The notes under the pieces were generated by a model that worked only from the letters and a program-made list of their open reading frames with translations, did no database searches and was not told the origin of the DNA. The position numbers and the translations under genes are program-made. Source: an uncultured Actinomycetes bacterium (GTDB taxonomy: Bacteria > Actinomycetota > UBA4738 > HRBIN12). From it: a stretch of 64,000 nucleotides of DNA. The stretch is taken from NCBI GenBank assembly GCA_963706005.1, contig CAVPLL010000001.1, forward strand, positions 97,603 through 161,602, written 5' to 3'. Positions 1 to 9,473 of the stretch are shown here, piece after piece. Position 1 is the first letter of the stretch. Each line of letters begins with the position of its first letter.

Positions 1-993
1 GCACACGGCCGGCGTGGGATGGAGCGCGGCGACGAGCTCGAGCGCGGTGACCGACGGGTCGTGCAACCGACCGCGGAACGGCGTCGCCAGGTGCCACACG
101 TTGGCGGTGCCGAGCAGCTCGGGCTCGTGCGGATGCACGAGATCCTCGCAGAACGCGCCCAGGACGTGGCGGACGTCGTCGACCACCACGGCGTGTTCCT
201 CGCGATCCTTCTCGGACCCGAACAGGCGATCGGCGGAGGCCCGGTCGCGCCCCGCGTCGCCGAAGCGCTGGGAGGAGCCGGCCAGCGGCGTCGCCTCGAC
301 CTGCCGCCCGCGCCGCCGCAGCAGCAGCTCCGGCGTGGCGCCGACGAGCACGGAGCCGGAGACCGCGTGCAGCTGCGGCGCCGCGAACGCGTAGCAGTCG
401 GGGTCGACGGCCCGCAGTCGCCACAGGAGCTGCTTGGCGTCGAGCGTCCGTTCCGCGTTCACGAGCATCGTGCGCGCGAGCACGATCTTGCGGAGCTCGC
501 CGGATCGGATCCGCTCGGTCGCGCGCGCCACCGCCGCGGTGTATCCGTCGGGCTCGGGATCGGGTCGGAGCTGCATCTCCTCGAACGCGTCGTGGGGGAG
601 CGTCCGGCCTGCCCACCGCTCGCGCTCGCCGGCGCGCTGGCGCTCGCCCACCGGGGAGATCTCGAGCCGCCAGGTCTCGCCCGGGTCCAGCCGGATCGTG
701 GCGCGCCGCGGGACGACCGCCTCCGCGGGCTCGCGGTCGTCGAACGGGATCGAGGCCACGGCCACGGGCGCCGGCGCGGCGGCGTCCACTCCGATCGGCG
801 CGAGGGCGTCCATCACCGATCTCGAGAGGCGGAGGATGCGTTCGGGGCCGGGCTCGGCCGTCAGGCGGTCCACCTCGCCGCTCGTCGACAGGCCCACCCC
901 CGCCCGTTCGAGGAAGAACCCCCCATCCCGGTACCCGGCGAGGAGGTCGAACGCCGGCCCGAGCCGGGTCGCACGCGCCGCGAGGCCGGTCAT
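1..993 (-). CDS. menF: isochorismate synthase (chorismate-binding enzyme); C-terminal end runs off the window
   Basis: Absent from the ORF track because the stop lies outside the window. Manual reverse translation from ATG at 993 gives MTGLAARATRLGPAFDLL... It contains the chorismate-utilising-enzyme motifs GSEKDREEH and LHPTPAV. It lies 16 nt downstream of menG on the same strand. Confidence 0.8.
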   Translation of the reverse strand, partial: MTGLAARATRLGPAFDLLAGYRDGGFFLERAGVGLSTSGEVDRLTAEPGPERILRLSRSVMDALAPIGVDAAAPAPVAVASIPFDDREPAEAVVPRRATIRLDPGETWRLEISPVGERQRAGERERWAGRTLPHDAFEEMQLRPDPEPDGYTAAVARATERIRSGELRKIVLARTMLVNAERTLDAKQLLWRLRAVDPDCYAFAAPQLHAVSGSVLVGATPELLLRRRGRQVEATPLAGSSQRFGDAGRDRASADRLFGSEKDREEHAVVVDDVRHVLGAFCEDLVHPHEPELLGTANVWHLATPFRGRLHDPSVTALELVAALHPTPAVC

Positions 994-1009
994 GAGCGCG
1001 GTCGTCCGC

Positions 1010-1714
1010 TCATCGGCGGGTCCCGACCAGCAGTTGGGCGACGCCGCCGCCGAGGAGGATCCGATCGACCGTCGTGAAACCGGCGTCGCCGAGCATCGAG
1101 CGCAGCCGGTCGGGCTCGGGCAGGTACGCCATCGATCTCGGGAGGTAGCGGTAGGCGTCCCGGTCCGAGAGCGCGGCGCCGATCATCGGCACGATCCGCT
1201 TGAAGTAGACGGCGTGACCGGCTCGCATCAGGCGGCCGTCGGGCTCGCTCGTCTCGAGGAACGCGAAGCGCCCTCCGGGTCGGAGCACGCGTGCGGTCTC
1301 GGCGAAGAGGACGGCGAGGTCGGTCACGTTCCGGAGCGCGAACCCGCACGTCGCGCCGTCCACGCTCGCGTCGGCGAGCGGCAGCGCGAGCGCATCGGCC
1401 TCCACGACCGGCGCGCGTGTCCGGGCATGGAGCAGCATGCCGTGCGAGAAATCGAACCCGACCGCCCGGTACCCGCCGGTGAGGAGCTCATCGCAGAGGT
1501 CACCCGTGCCGCACGCGAGGTCGGCGACCAACGCTCGGCCGGGCAGCCGGAGCTCGCGAACGGCCCGGCGGCGCCATCCGACGTCCATGCCGAACGTCAT
1601 GACGCGGTTCACGAGGTCGTAGCGGGTCGAGATGCGGTCGAACATCCCGCGCACGACCCGCGCCTTCTCGCTCGGGTCGGGTAGGCCCTCGGGCGTCGCC
1701 CGCCGCTCGCTCAC
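1010..1714 (-). CDS. menG: demethylmenaquinone / ubiquinone-menaquinone methyltransferase (UbiE/MenG family)
   Basis: 234 aa. SAM-binding motif DLACGTGD; FDRISTRYDLVNRVMTFG and ALRNVTD are typical of UbiE/MenG. Adjacent to menF. Confidence 0.85.
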   Translation of the reverse strand: MSERRATPEGLPDPSEKARVVRGMFDRISTRYDLVNRVMTFGMDVGWRRRAVRELRLPGRALVADLACGTGDLCDELLTGGYRAVGFDFSHGMLLHARTRAPVVEADALALPLADASVDGATCGFALRNVTDLAVLFAETARVLRPGGRFAFLETSEPDGRLMRAGHAVYFKRIVPMIGAALSDRDAYRYLPRSMAYLPEPDRLRSMLGDAGFTTVDRILLGGGVAQLLVGTRR

Positions 1715-2409
1715 GCGAGCCGTTCCTCGGCCGCGGCGAGCAGCACCCGACGGAAGTGGTTCGCGACCAGGTTCGTGACGGCGGGCAGCAGGGTGTCGAA
1801 CGCCTCGACGAGCTGCGCGGCCGCGGCGTCGTCCGAGCCGGCGGTGTCGCGGATCGGCTTGCGCACGTGCTCGTCGAACAGCTCGACCGCGCGGTTGGCG
1901 AGCGCGACCATCGCGTCGTTCGTGTCCCGCGCGAGCGAGAGGAGCTCGCCGAGCGGGAGTCCGTATTCGAGGAGGCGGAGCGCCCCGCGGACCATCCCGA
2001 TGTCGGAGGCCGTGTACCGGACCTCGCCGCCGACGGTGCGACCGAGCTCGATGCCCTCGCGCTCGACGGCCTGGATCAGCGAGGCGGGGACCCCGCTCCG
2101 GCTGGCGAACCCGTCCAGCGTGAGGAGCTCGTCCTCCCGCGCCTCCCCACGCGCGGCAGCCACCGCCAGGGCGAGGTCGGCGTCGGCGGGGTCCATCCCG
2201 TCACCGAGCACCCGCTCGATCGCCGCCAGCGTGAGGCCCCGACGCCTGAGCTCGCGGACCTCGCGGATCCGTTCGGCGTGGTGCTCGTCGTACCAGGCGA
2301 CCCGTCCCTCCCGCGTCGGCGCCGGGACGAGGCCTCGGGTCTGGTAGTAGCGGATCGTGTCGACCGAGACGTCGCACGCGGCCGCGAGCTGCTCCACGCG
2401 ATACCTCAC
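1711..2409 (-). CDS. MerR-family transcriptional regulator
   Basis: The N-terminal HTH (YRVEQLAAACDVSVDTIRYYQTRGLV) is MerR-like. A second MerR-like repeat is present. The stop overlaps the menG GTG start (GTGA). Confidence 0.8.
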   Translation of the reverse strand: MRYRVEQLAAACDVSVDTIRYYQTRGLVPAPTREGRVAWYDEHHAERIREVRELRRRGLTLAAIERVLGDGMDPADADLALAVAAARGEAREDELLTLDGFASRSGVPASLIQAVEREGIELGRTVGGEVRYTASDIGMVRGALRLLEYGLPLGELLSLARDTNDAMVALANRAVELFDEHVRKPIRDTAGSDDAAAAQLVEAFDTLLPAVTNLVANHFRRVLLAAAEERLA

Positions 2410-2455
2410 GACCGGTAACTCTACGAGTGAACGCTCGAACCTTCACCCCGAGCGG

Positions 2456-3259
2456 TCAGCCAGGCGTGATCCTCTGCGAGGCGGTCGTCAGGAACCTGCT
2501 GCAGTCCTGCGTGGCCACGACCCACACGACGATGTGGTCGGGTGGCTGGCCGGCCCCCGGTCCCTCGGCGAACACCGCGATGTACGCGGGGGTCCCCTGG
2601 TACTTGGCTTCGATCAGGCGGATCAGGTCGTCTCGGGGCCCGTTGATGTCCAGGCCGCTCTGCTCGATGCAGCGCTTGGCGTCGCTCGTTCGGGTCGCCG
2701 AGTCCTCGGCGGCGCTGGCGAACGCCGTCTGGCCCTTGCCCGCCTCGGCGGACACCAGCGCCCCGGCGGCCTGGGACGCGACCGCCCGGATACCGGCGTC
2801 GTCGTAGTTCACCTCGGGCTGTCGCTCGAGACCGAGGAACCGCAGCGGCCCGGGCGAAGCCGCCCCGGCGGACTCGGCGCCACCGGTCGCGCCGCTCGCC
2901 CCTGTGCCCCCCGCCGCCGGGCTCGCGGCGTTCTGCGAGTCTCCGTCGCCGACGTTCAGGGCGACCACGACGACGAGCGCGGCCGCGGCCGCGAGGCCGG
3001 CCGCCCACCGGAAGCGATCCCAGGCGATGCCCCGGCGGCGCTCGAACCGCCGTCCCGCCTCGGCGAGCACCGGCCCGGTCACGCCGAACGGCACTGGGCG
3101 ATCCTCGAGCTCGGCCAGGGCGACCTTGGCGCTCCGCGCTTCCCGGACCTCCCCACGGCAGCGCTCGCACCCGAGCAGGTGCGAGTCCACATCGGCGCGC
3201 CCGCGTTCGTCCAGCGTGCCGTCGACGTAGTCGGCGAGGAGGTCGTCGGGATGGCTCAC
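2456..3259 (-). CDS. anti-sigma factor, zf-HC2 type, single TM with extracytoplasmic domain
   Basis: GTG at 3259 overlaps the sigma-factor stop (GTGA). HLLGCERC matches the H-x3-C-x2-C zinc motif. TM segment AAGLAAAAALVVVVAL. The ORF-track start at 3622 is an over-extension into the sigma gene. Confidence 0.75.
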   Translation of the reverse strand: MSHPDDLLADYVDGTLDERGRADVDSHLLGCERCRGEVREARSAKVALAELEDRPVPFGVTGPVLAEAGRRFERRRGIAWDRFRWAAGLAAAAALVVVVALNVGDGDSQNAASPAAGGTGASGATGGAESAGAASPGPLRFLGLERQPEVNYDDAGIRAVASQAAGALVSAEAGKGQTAFASAAEDSATRTSDAKRCIEQSGLDINGPRDDLIRLIEAKYQGTPAYIAVFAEGPGAGQPPDHIVVWVVATQDCSRFLTTASQRITPG

Positions 3260-3870
3260 GGGGATACCGTCCCTTCTGACGGCCCGGCGGCATCGGCCCG
3301 TTCCCCGGTCGTGGGTGCCGCGCGGTCGACGCCCATCGCCCGAGCGAGAGCGACGCGGCCACGATGCAGCCGCGACTTCACGGTGCCGACCGGGACCCCC
3401 ACGATCGCCGCCACCTCTTCTTGCCGGAGATCGTGCACGTCGTGAAGGATCATCACGACGCGGAAGTCCTCGGGGACCTCCATCAGGGCTCGTTGCACGT
3501 CCATCGACAGGCTCGAAGCGTCCGCCGGATCCGGCGCCGGCGGCGGCTCCACGGCGGGGAGGTCGTCCTCGCCGCGTTCGAGCAACGGTGCTCGCTGGCG
3601 CTTGCGAAGCAGGTCGTAGCACGCGTTGACGGTCACTCGATGCAGCCAGGTCGTGAACGCTGCCTCGCCGCGGAACGAGGACAGTTTCCGCAGGACGGTG
3701 AGGAACGCCTCCTGCGTCGCGTCTCGCGCGTCCTCCTCGCGTCCGGTCATGCGGAACGCGAGGTTGTAGACGCGCCGCTCGTGTCGTTCGACGAGGGCGG
3801 CGAACGCGGCTCGGTCTCCCGACAGGTACCGGCGAACGAGATCCTCGTCGCGCGCCGGTGGGTCAGGCAC
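3256..3870 (-). CDS. ECF-type RNA polymerase sigma factor (SigM-like by gene context)
   Basis: Sigma-70 region 2 (AFAALVERHERRVYNLAFRMTG...DATQEAFL) and region 4 (EEVAAIVGVPVGTVKSRLHRGR). Followed by a coupled anti-sigma gene. Confidence 0.9.
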   Translation of the reverse strand: MPDPPARDEDLVRRYLSGDRAAFAALVERHERRVYNLAFRMTGREEDARDATQEAFLTVLRKLSSFRGEAAFTTWLHRVTVNACYDLLRKRQRAPLLERGEDDLPAVEPPPAPDPADASSLSMDVQRALMEVPEDFRVVMILHDVHDLRQEEVAAIVGVPVGTVKSRLHRGRVALARAMGVDRAAPTTGERADAAGPSEGTVSP

Positions 3871-5269
3871 CGACCGCCTCGGTCTCGACGCCCCGGACCT
3901 GCACGCGGACCTCGGCGACCTCGGCGCGGGTGCCGTCGTTCACCGGTACGACGGACGTGATCCACACGAGCACGTAGCGTCCCGCACCGCTCAGCGGGAT
4001 GCGCGACAGCGATGTCGAGGTCACCTCCCCGCCGACCTCGTCGACGAGCGTATCCGGGTCGTCGCCAACCGCGACGCCGAACTCGAACCCCGGGTGCGGG
4101 GTCCACAGGCGGAGCCCGAGCACCTCGCGGCGCTCGCCGAGGTCAAGGAGGAGGCCGATCCCCGGCTTGCCGAGCTCGCCGTCGAAGTAGTTCTCCGAAC
4201 GCCACGCGGTCTGCACGTCGCCGTCGTTCGCCAGGCCGGCGTTGGACGAGAGCTCGTTCCCGTCGCCGAACGGATCGATCGCGACGACGGTCGCGGGACG
4301 AACCACGACCGGCGGGATCTCGGCCGACGCCGGGTTGTCCCGGGCGGCACGGATCCCGAGCGGTCCGCCGACCTCGAGCTTGCCCAGCCACAGCCCGAGG
4401 GCGATCGCAGCCACGGCGATCCCCGCCACGATCAGGGGCACCCCGATCCAGGTGAACAGGTTCGCGGTGCGTCCCTCGTCGGGCACGTCGACGATCTCGG
4501 CATCCACCGAGCGCTCGAGCGCGTCCGCGAACGCCCGCGCGCTCGGGAACCGCCGCTCGGGGTCGGGGTCGAGTGCCCGGGCCAGCACCCGGTCCAGCGC
4601 CCTCGGCAGGTCCGCGCGGACCGTGCGAGCGGACGTCCTGCCCCGTGGGGCATCGCCCGTCAACAGCTCGAACAGCAACGACGCGACGGCGTAGACGTCG
4701 GTGCGCTCGTCCGTCGACGTGCCGGCGAGCTGTTCGGGCGCCAGGTGCTCGTCGCCGAGCAGCGCCGACGCCTCCTGGGGCCGACTGGCGGCCACCGCCG
4801 CGCCGATCCCGAATCCGATCAGGCACACGGTTCCGCCGTCGTTCACGATCACGTCGTCGGGGTCGAGCGCAAGGTGGAGGACGCCGCGTTCGTGCGCCTC
4901 GGCGAGCGCGCCGAGAGCCGCGACGCCGATCCGGACGGTCTCGGGGGCCGATGCCGGCCCCCGCTCCTGCAACCGGGCGCGCAGGCTCGAGCCGGGCACG
5001 TACTCGCGGACGAGGTAGATGACCCCGTCCTGCTCGCCGGTGTCGAGGAGCCGCGCGATGCCCGGGACCGACAGGACCGCCACGTTGCGAGCCTCGTCCC
5101 GCAGCGCCCGCGCGAACCCGGGGTCGTCCGCGAGGCGCGGATGGATGAGCTTCACGGCGACCGAGCGCTGCAGGACGGGATCGCGCGAACGCCACACCAT
5201 CCCGGTCCGGCTCCTGCCGAGCTCCTCCTCGAGCGCGAAGCGGCCGGCCAGCACGGGGGCCGGCTCCAT
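3863..5269 (-). CDS. Ser/Thr protein kinase-like protein with degenerate catalytic motifs (predicted pseudokinase), TM segment and extracellular discoidin/carbohydrate-binding-like domain
   Basis: ATG at 5269 (MEPAPVLAGRFALEEELG). VAVK and APE are retained. The catalytic loop reads HLALDPDD instead of HRDxKPxN, and DFG reads GFG. TM segment WIGVPLIVAGIAVAAIALGLW. The C-terminal beta-rich domain contains NDGDVQTAWRSENY. Confidence 0.75.
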   Translation of the reverse strand: MEPAPVLAGRFALEEELGRSRTGMVWRSRDPVLQRSVAVKLIHPRLADDPGFARALRDEARNVAVLSVPGIARLLDTGEQDGVIYLVREYVPGSSLRARLQERGPASAPETVRIGVAALGALAEAHERGVLHLALDPDDVIVNDGGTVCLIGFGIGAAVAASRPQEASALLGDEHLAPEQLAGTSTDERTDVYAVASLLFELLTGDAPRGRTSARTVRADLPRALDRVLARALDPDPERRFPSARAFADALERSVDAEIVDVPDEGRTANLFTWIGVPLIVAGIAVAAIALGLWLGKLEVGGPLGIRAARDNPASAEIPPVVVRPATVVAIDPFGDGNELSSNAGLANDGDVQTAWRSENYFDGELGKPGIGLLLDLGERREVLGLRLWTPHPGFEFGVAVGDDPDTLVDEVGGEVTSTSLSRIPLSGAGRYVLVWITSVVPVNDGTRAEVAEVRVQVRGVETEAVGA

Positions 5270-5331
5270 CGTCTGGGTCACGGCACGAAGTCTATGCCCG
5301 GCGCCTCCGCTCCCTACCACGAGGGGACGTG

Positions 5332-5730
5332 TCAGTCGCGCGGAGCGGCGGTCGAGCCGCTCACGGTCACCTTCGCGAGGTCCTCGAAGAACGGGATCCG
5401 GTCGACCACCAGCGTGTCCGCTCGGGCCGCGAGCACGACCAGGACCTCGCGCCGGCCGACCTCGATCCGCTTGAGGCGCACCGGTTCGTCCGCATCGGCG
5501 ATCGTGTCGAGGGCCGCGAGCTTGGCCTGCTCCTCGTTGCCGGTCTCCCGGAACGCCTCCGCCGCGGATGCCGACGCGTCCTTCGCGAGATCCGACGCGC
5601 GGAAGCGCACCAGCAGGATCGAGCCCGCATCGATCGCGATGACGACGACCACAGCAGCGATGAGCAGCCACACGAGGAGGATCTTGCCGACGAGCCCCCG
5701 CTCGTCCCCCAGGGCGGCCCTCATCGCCAT
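5332..5730 (-). CDS. small single-pass membrane protein, unknown function
   Basis: Only the last 132 aa of the 756-aa track ORF look real (MAMRAALGDERGLVGKILLVWLLIAAVVVVIAIDAG...). The start (5730, or 5724 with an ATGA overlap) abuts the murJ stop. Confidence 0.55.
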   Translation of the reverse strand: MAMRAALGDERGLVGKILLVWLLIAAVVVVIAIDAGSILLVRFRASDLAKDASASAAEAFRETGNEEQAKLAALDTIADADEPVRLKRIEVGRREVLVVLAARADTLVVDRIPFFEDLAKVTVSGSTAAPRD

Positions 5731-7385
5731 CGCGCGGTCACCTGTCGGCGGACCATGCCGACCTCCTCGATCCGGAGCGCGGCCGCCGACGCCACGAACA
5801 CGGCGAGGCCCGCCACCACCGCGCCGAGCACCTGCGCGGCCTGCGCCCCGATCGTCGCCGTGCCGAGCCATCGCTCGAAGCCCTCGGCCACGATCCACGC
5901 CGCCGCCGCGGTCGCGAGCCCCGCCACCAGGATGCGACCGACCGACGCGAGGATCCGTCGACCGTCGATCGTTCCGATGCGGCGGCGGATCAGGACCAGG
6001 AGGAGGCTCGACGCGAACACGTAGGAGATCGCGTGACCGAGCGCGAGCCCGGGGATCCCCAGATCCCACACGAGGAAGAAGACGAGGTTGACGAGCACGT
6101 TGAGCGACACCGCCGCGACGTTCACGAGCGCGGGTGTCCGCGTGTCCTGCATCGCGTACGAGGCTCGGAGCAGGAGCTGGAACGCCGAGAACGCGAACAA
6201 CCCGATCGCGAACGCGAACAGCACCTCGGCCACCAGGTCGGCGCTCGCCGGTTGGGTGGCGCCATGCTCGAGCAGGAGGCGGACGATCGGCCGCGCGAGC
6301 ACCAGGTACCCCAGCGCGGCCGGGATCAGGATCGTCGCGGTGGCCCGGATCCCCTGCGAGAGCAGCGCGCGGTACCCGTCGAGGTCGCCCGCCGCCCACC
6401 GCGAGGACATCGCCGGGAGCAGCGCGGTCAGGATCGACACGGCGAAGATCGCGTGCGGGAGTTGGAACAGGATGAACGCCGCCGCGTACGCGGAATACCC
6501 CCCCGTGATCTCCCCGGCCAAGATCAGCACCACGAGGTACCCGAGCTGGTTCGCGACCACGTAGACGATCACCCACGTCGCCAGCCTGCCGATCCGCCCG
6601 ATCGCCTCGTCGCGGACGCCTCGGATCCACCTGAACCGGAACCCGGTCGCGCGCACGGAGGGCCAGAGCGCCAGCGTCATGGCCACGACGCCGAGCGTCG
6701 TGCCGAGCGCCAGGACGAGCTGTTGGGAACCGGTCGCGAGCTCGTGGGAGCCGCTCGCCGGCGCCGGCATCGCGGCGAAGATCAGGAAGGTAGCGATGAC
6801 GATGACGTTGTTCGCGATCGGCGCGAACATCGGCGCCGCGAACCGGCGGTGGGCGTTCAGGAGACCGGCCGCGACGGCGCCGATCCCGTAGAACACGACC
6901 TGCGGCATGAACCAGCGCAGGAAGAAGGTCGCGAGCCCGTGCACAGCCTCGCGCTGCGCCTCGGGGTACCCGACGGTGTAGAGGTCGACGATCCACGGCG
7001 CGAGCACGATGCCCAGGATCGCGATCGCGGAAAGGACCACGATCGCGATCGTGAACAGGCGTCGGACCACGTCCCACGCCTCGTCGCGCCCGCGCTTCTG
7101 CATCCACTCGACCACGACGGGGACGACGACGGAGGTCAAGATCCCGCCCAGCGCGAGCTCGTACAGGATGTTCGGCGTGATGTTCGCGACGTTGTAGGCG
7201 TCGGTCAGGCGCGTCTCGGTGATGCCGAGCGCGTACGCCATCGCCGACAGGCGGAGGAAGCCGGTCAGCCGCGACAGCGCCGTGCCGGCCGACATCACCA
7301 CCGTGTTGCGGACGAACGAGCGTGTGGAGTCCTCGGTGGGGGGGTCGGTGCCCGTCCCTACGTCGCCCCGCACGTCGTCGGTCAT
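5721..7385 (-). CDS. murJ: lipid II flippase MurJ/MviN
   Basis: Polytopic membrane protein. The N-terminal signature is SAGTALSRLTGFLRLSAMAYALG...DAYNVANITPNILYELALGG. ATG at 7385 overlaps the upstream stop (ATGA). Confidence 0.9.
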   Translation of the reverse strand: MTDDVRGDVGTGTDPPTEDSTRSFVRNTVVMSAGTALSRLTGFLRLSAMAYALGITETRLTDAYNVANITPNILYELALGGILTSVVVPVVVEWMQKRGRDEAWDVVRRLFTIAIVVLSAIAILGIVLAPWIVDLYTVGYPEAQREAVHGLATFFLRWFMPQVVFYGIGAVAAGLLNAHRRFAAPMFAPIANNVIVIATFLIFAAMPAPASGSHELATGSQQLVLALGTTLGVVAMTLALWPSVRATGFRFRWIRGVRDEAIGRIGRLATWVIVYVVANQLGYLVVLILAGEITGGYSAYAAAFILFQLPHAIFAVSILTALLPAMSSRWAAGDLDGYRALLSQGIRATATILIPAALGYLVLARPIVRLLLEHGATQPASADLVAEVLFAFAIGLFAFSAFQLLLRASYAMQDTRTPALVNVAAVSLNVLVNLVFFLVWDLGIPGLALGHAISYVFASSLLLVLIRRRIGTIDGRRILASVGRILVAGLATAAAAWIVAEGFERWLGTATIGAQAAQVLGAVVAGLAVFVASAAALRIEEVGMVRRQVTARWR

Positions 7386-9472
7386 GTCGCCGGGCGTCGG
7401 ACGAACCGCTTGGCCCACAGCCCCACCAGCACGAGCGCCGCGCCGATCGTGATGAGCAGCGCGACGCGGTTGTAGGCGGTCGACCGCACGACGATGGCCT
7501 CTTGGCCGATCGGACGGCCGCTCGGCGAGACCATCTGCACGAGGACCGGGAACCGGCCGGTGGAACGCAGTTCGGCCTGGAGCCGGAGGGTCTCGGAGTC
7601 ACCCGGTCCGAGCTCGACCTCGGTGGCGGGTTCCGCGCGGATCCACTGCGAGACGAGACGGACCGAGAACCGGAGCGAGTGCGGGCCCTCGTTCGAAACC
7701 GTGACCGGGATGCCGCTCGACTCGGAGGTGAGCGTCACCGACGGCACGGTGTCGAGCGCGAGGTCCTCGACGGTGGCGCGGACGCTCTCGCGGGCCGCAT
7801 CGATGAACGTGAGCCCGTCGGTCGTCGAGACGAGGAACTGACGCGCCTCGGCCAGCAGCAGCATCGTCTCGAGACGGTCCGGCTCGAGGCTGTTCGGCGG
7901 CAGCATCGAGCGCAGCGTGTCGATCCGTCGGCGCGCCTGCTTGAGCGAGGCCACGTAGGACGTCGGGAACCGGCGGAACGAGGGTGAGGTGAGGGTCGAG
8001 GCGTCGGTCGGTAGGAACGTCACGACGAACCCCGCAGCGGCGGCCGTGGCGAGCCAGGGCGCCGTCGAGACGCCGCGGACCATCGGCGGGAAGAACGGAC
8101 CCGGGAGCGGCGCGTCCTCGCTCAGCAGGAGCGCGATCCCCCGCGCCTCGCCCGGCTGCTCCTGCCAGATCGTGGTGAGCTCGCCGAGCAGGACCTGCGT
8201 CGCACGGATCGGATCCTCCTCGACCACCGAGGCAAGGAGGGCGGCGGTCGCGGGTTCGGGGACGATCGCCGAGAGCGAACTCTCCCCCAGCGAGGTCGTC
8301 GGCGGCCCGGCGAAGCCGAGCGGCTGCTCGGGGAGTTCTACGGTCGAGGGGTCGACGAGCAGCGTCCGGATGCCGGCGGCGGACAGGCCGCGCAGGGTCG
8401 TGTCGTCGAGTGCCGCACCCGGTGGTCGCAGGAGCGTCTGCGGCATCTCGGCCCCGACGAACGACGACGCCACCTCGCGCCCGCGTTGGAGCTGGACCGG
8501 GACGTCGCGGCCGAGCCCCCCGCCGTAGAGCGACGGGATCTCCGGGGCCGAGAAGGGGAGGGCCGTCATCTCGACGTTCGGCGCCGCCGCGATCGCCCGC
8601 AGGTCGGCGAGCGCCTGCCCGGCGAGGGCTGCGCCGCCCTCGCCGGGCTGGACCCGACGGATCCCGCCGTCCTCGGAGACCTCGTAGCCGTCGTCCATCC
8701 GTCCGAGCTGGGTCAGCAGGACCGGCGAGATCGCCACGTCCACCGGCGGCAGGGCCGGGTCGTTCGCGAGCTCGAGCAGGGCGCGGATCTCCCCGTTCAG
8801 CCGTCCGCCCGGCTCGAGCGCGGTCTCGAGCGATGGGTCGGTGAACGTGCCGTCGGGCGAGAAGGTGATCGGGTGCGCGAGGACGAAGGTCCAGGATAGG
8901 TCGAGCGGGATCTCAGGCTGTCGCACGAGGAAGATCACGGGTGTTCGGAGCGCCGCGACGGAGGTGATCCCGCTCCTCAGGTCGACCTTGAGCGGGTATA
9001 CGCCGGAGTGGTCGGGATCGATCCCGGAGCCGAGGAGCAGCGAGATCTCGAAGTCCCGCGAGGCGCCCGGCTCGATCGCGCCCTCCCGCGGCAGGGTGCC
9101 GGCATCGATGACGAGCGACGGATCCGAGACGAGCGAGGCCTCGTACGCGCTCCGCGACAGGACCCGTGAGTACAACGTGACCCCGATCGCGAGCGCATCG
9201 AGCGGGGTCGCCCCGACGTTCTGCGCGCGGAACCGCAGAGCGAGCGTTCGTCCCGTTGGACAGTTCCAGGTCTCCTGGCCCGGGGCCAGGTCGCCGGTCG
9301 CCGTCGGGCAGTTCCAGGAGGTCTGGGACAGGAGCGTGAGGATGACCGACGGGCTCTCTTGGGCGCTCGACGGAGGCGGTGGCGCGCACAGGACGAGCCA
9401 GAGGACGAGCACGATCGCGAAGGGGGGCGCGAGGACGGGCGGCAAGAGCCGTCGCATGGTCGGTCGAGCCAT
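7382..9472 (-). CDS. large secreted, C-terminally anchored protein of unknown function (positional counterpart of M. tuberculosis Rv3909)
   Basis: 696 aa. Signal peptide MRRLLPPVLAPPFAIVLVLWLVLCA and C-terminal TM VALLITIGAALVLVGLW. Sits directly upstream of murJ, as in mycobacteria. Confidence 0.7.
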   Translation of the reverse strand: MARPTMRRLLPPVLAPPFAIVLVLWLVLCAPPPPSSAQESPSVILTLLSQTSWNCPTATGDLAPGQETWNCPTGRTLALRFRAQNVGATPLDALAIGVTLYSRVLSRSAYEASLVSDPSLVIDAGTLPREGAIEPGASRDFEISLLLGSGIDPDHSGVYPLKVDLRSGITSVAALRTPVIFLVRQPEIPLDLSWTFVLAHPITFSPDGTFTDPSLETALEPGGRLNGEIRALLELANDPALPPVDVAISPVLLTQLGRMDDGYEVSEDGGIRRVQPGEGGAALAGQALADLRAIAAAPNVEMTALPFSAPEIPSLYGGGLGRDVPVQLQRGREVASSFVGAEMPQTLLRPPGAALDDTTLRGLSAAGIRTLLVDPSTVELPEQPLGFAGPPTTSLGESSLSAIVPEPATAALLASVVEEDPIRATQVLLGELTTIWQEQPGEARGIALLLSEDAPLPGPFFPPMVRGVSTAPWLATAAAAGFVVTFLPTDASTLTSPSFRRFPTSYVASLKQARRRIDTLRSMLPPNSLEPDRLETMLLLAEARQFLVSTTDGLTFIDAARESVRATVEDLALDTVPSVTLTSESSGIPVTVSNEGPHSLRFSVRLVSQWIRAEPATEVELGPGDSETLRLQAELRSTGRFPVLVQMVSPSGRPIGQEAIVVRSTAYNRVALLITIGAALVLVGLWAKRFVRRPAT

Positions 9473-9473
9473 C

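Noticed and set aside
19-1684. Long plus-strand ORFs (352 aa, 416 aa, 126 aa) covering the first 1.7 kb
   Set aside because: Their translations are Arg/Gly/Pro/Ala-rich with no motifs. They lie antisense or out of frame to clearly recognisable menF and menG. This is typical GC-rich shadow ORF behaviour.
4094-7475. Plus-strand ORFs of 665 aa and 480 aa opposite the kinase-like gene and murJ
   Set aside because: They are low-complexity Arg/Asp/Glu/Pro strings. The minus strand encodes bona fide kinase-fold and MurJ sequences.
5332-7602. 756-aa minus-strand ORF
   Set aside because: Only its last 132 aa (5332-5730) look protein-like. The rest is an alternative frame of murJ.
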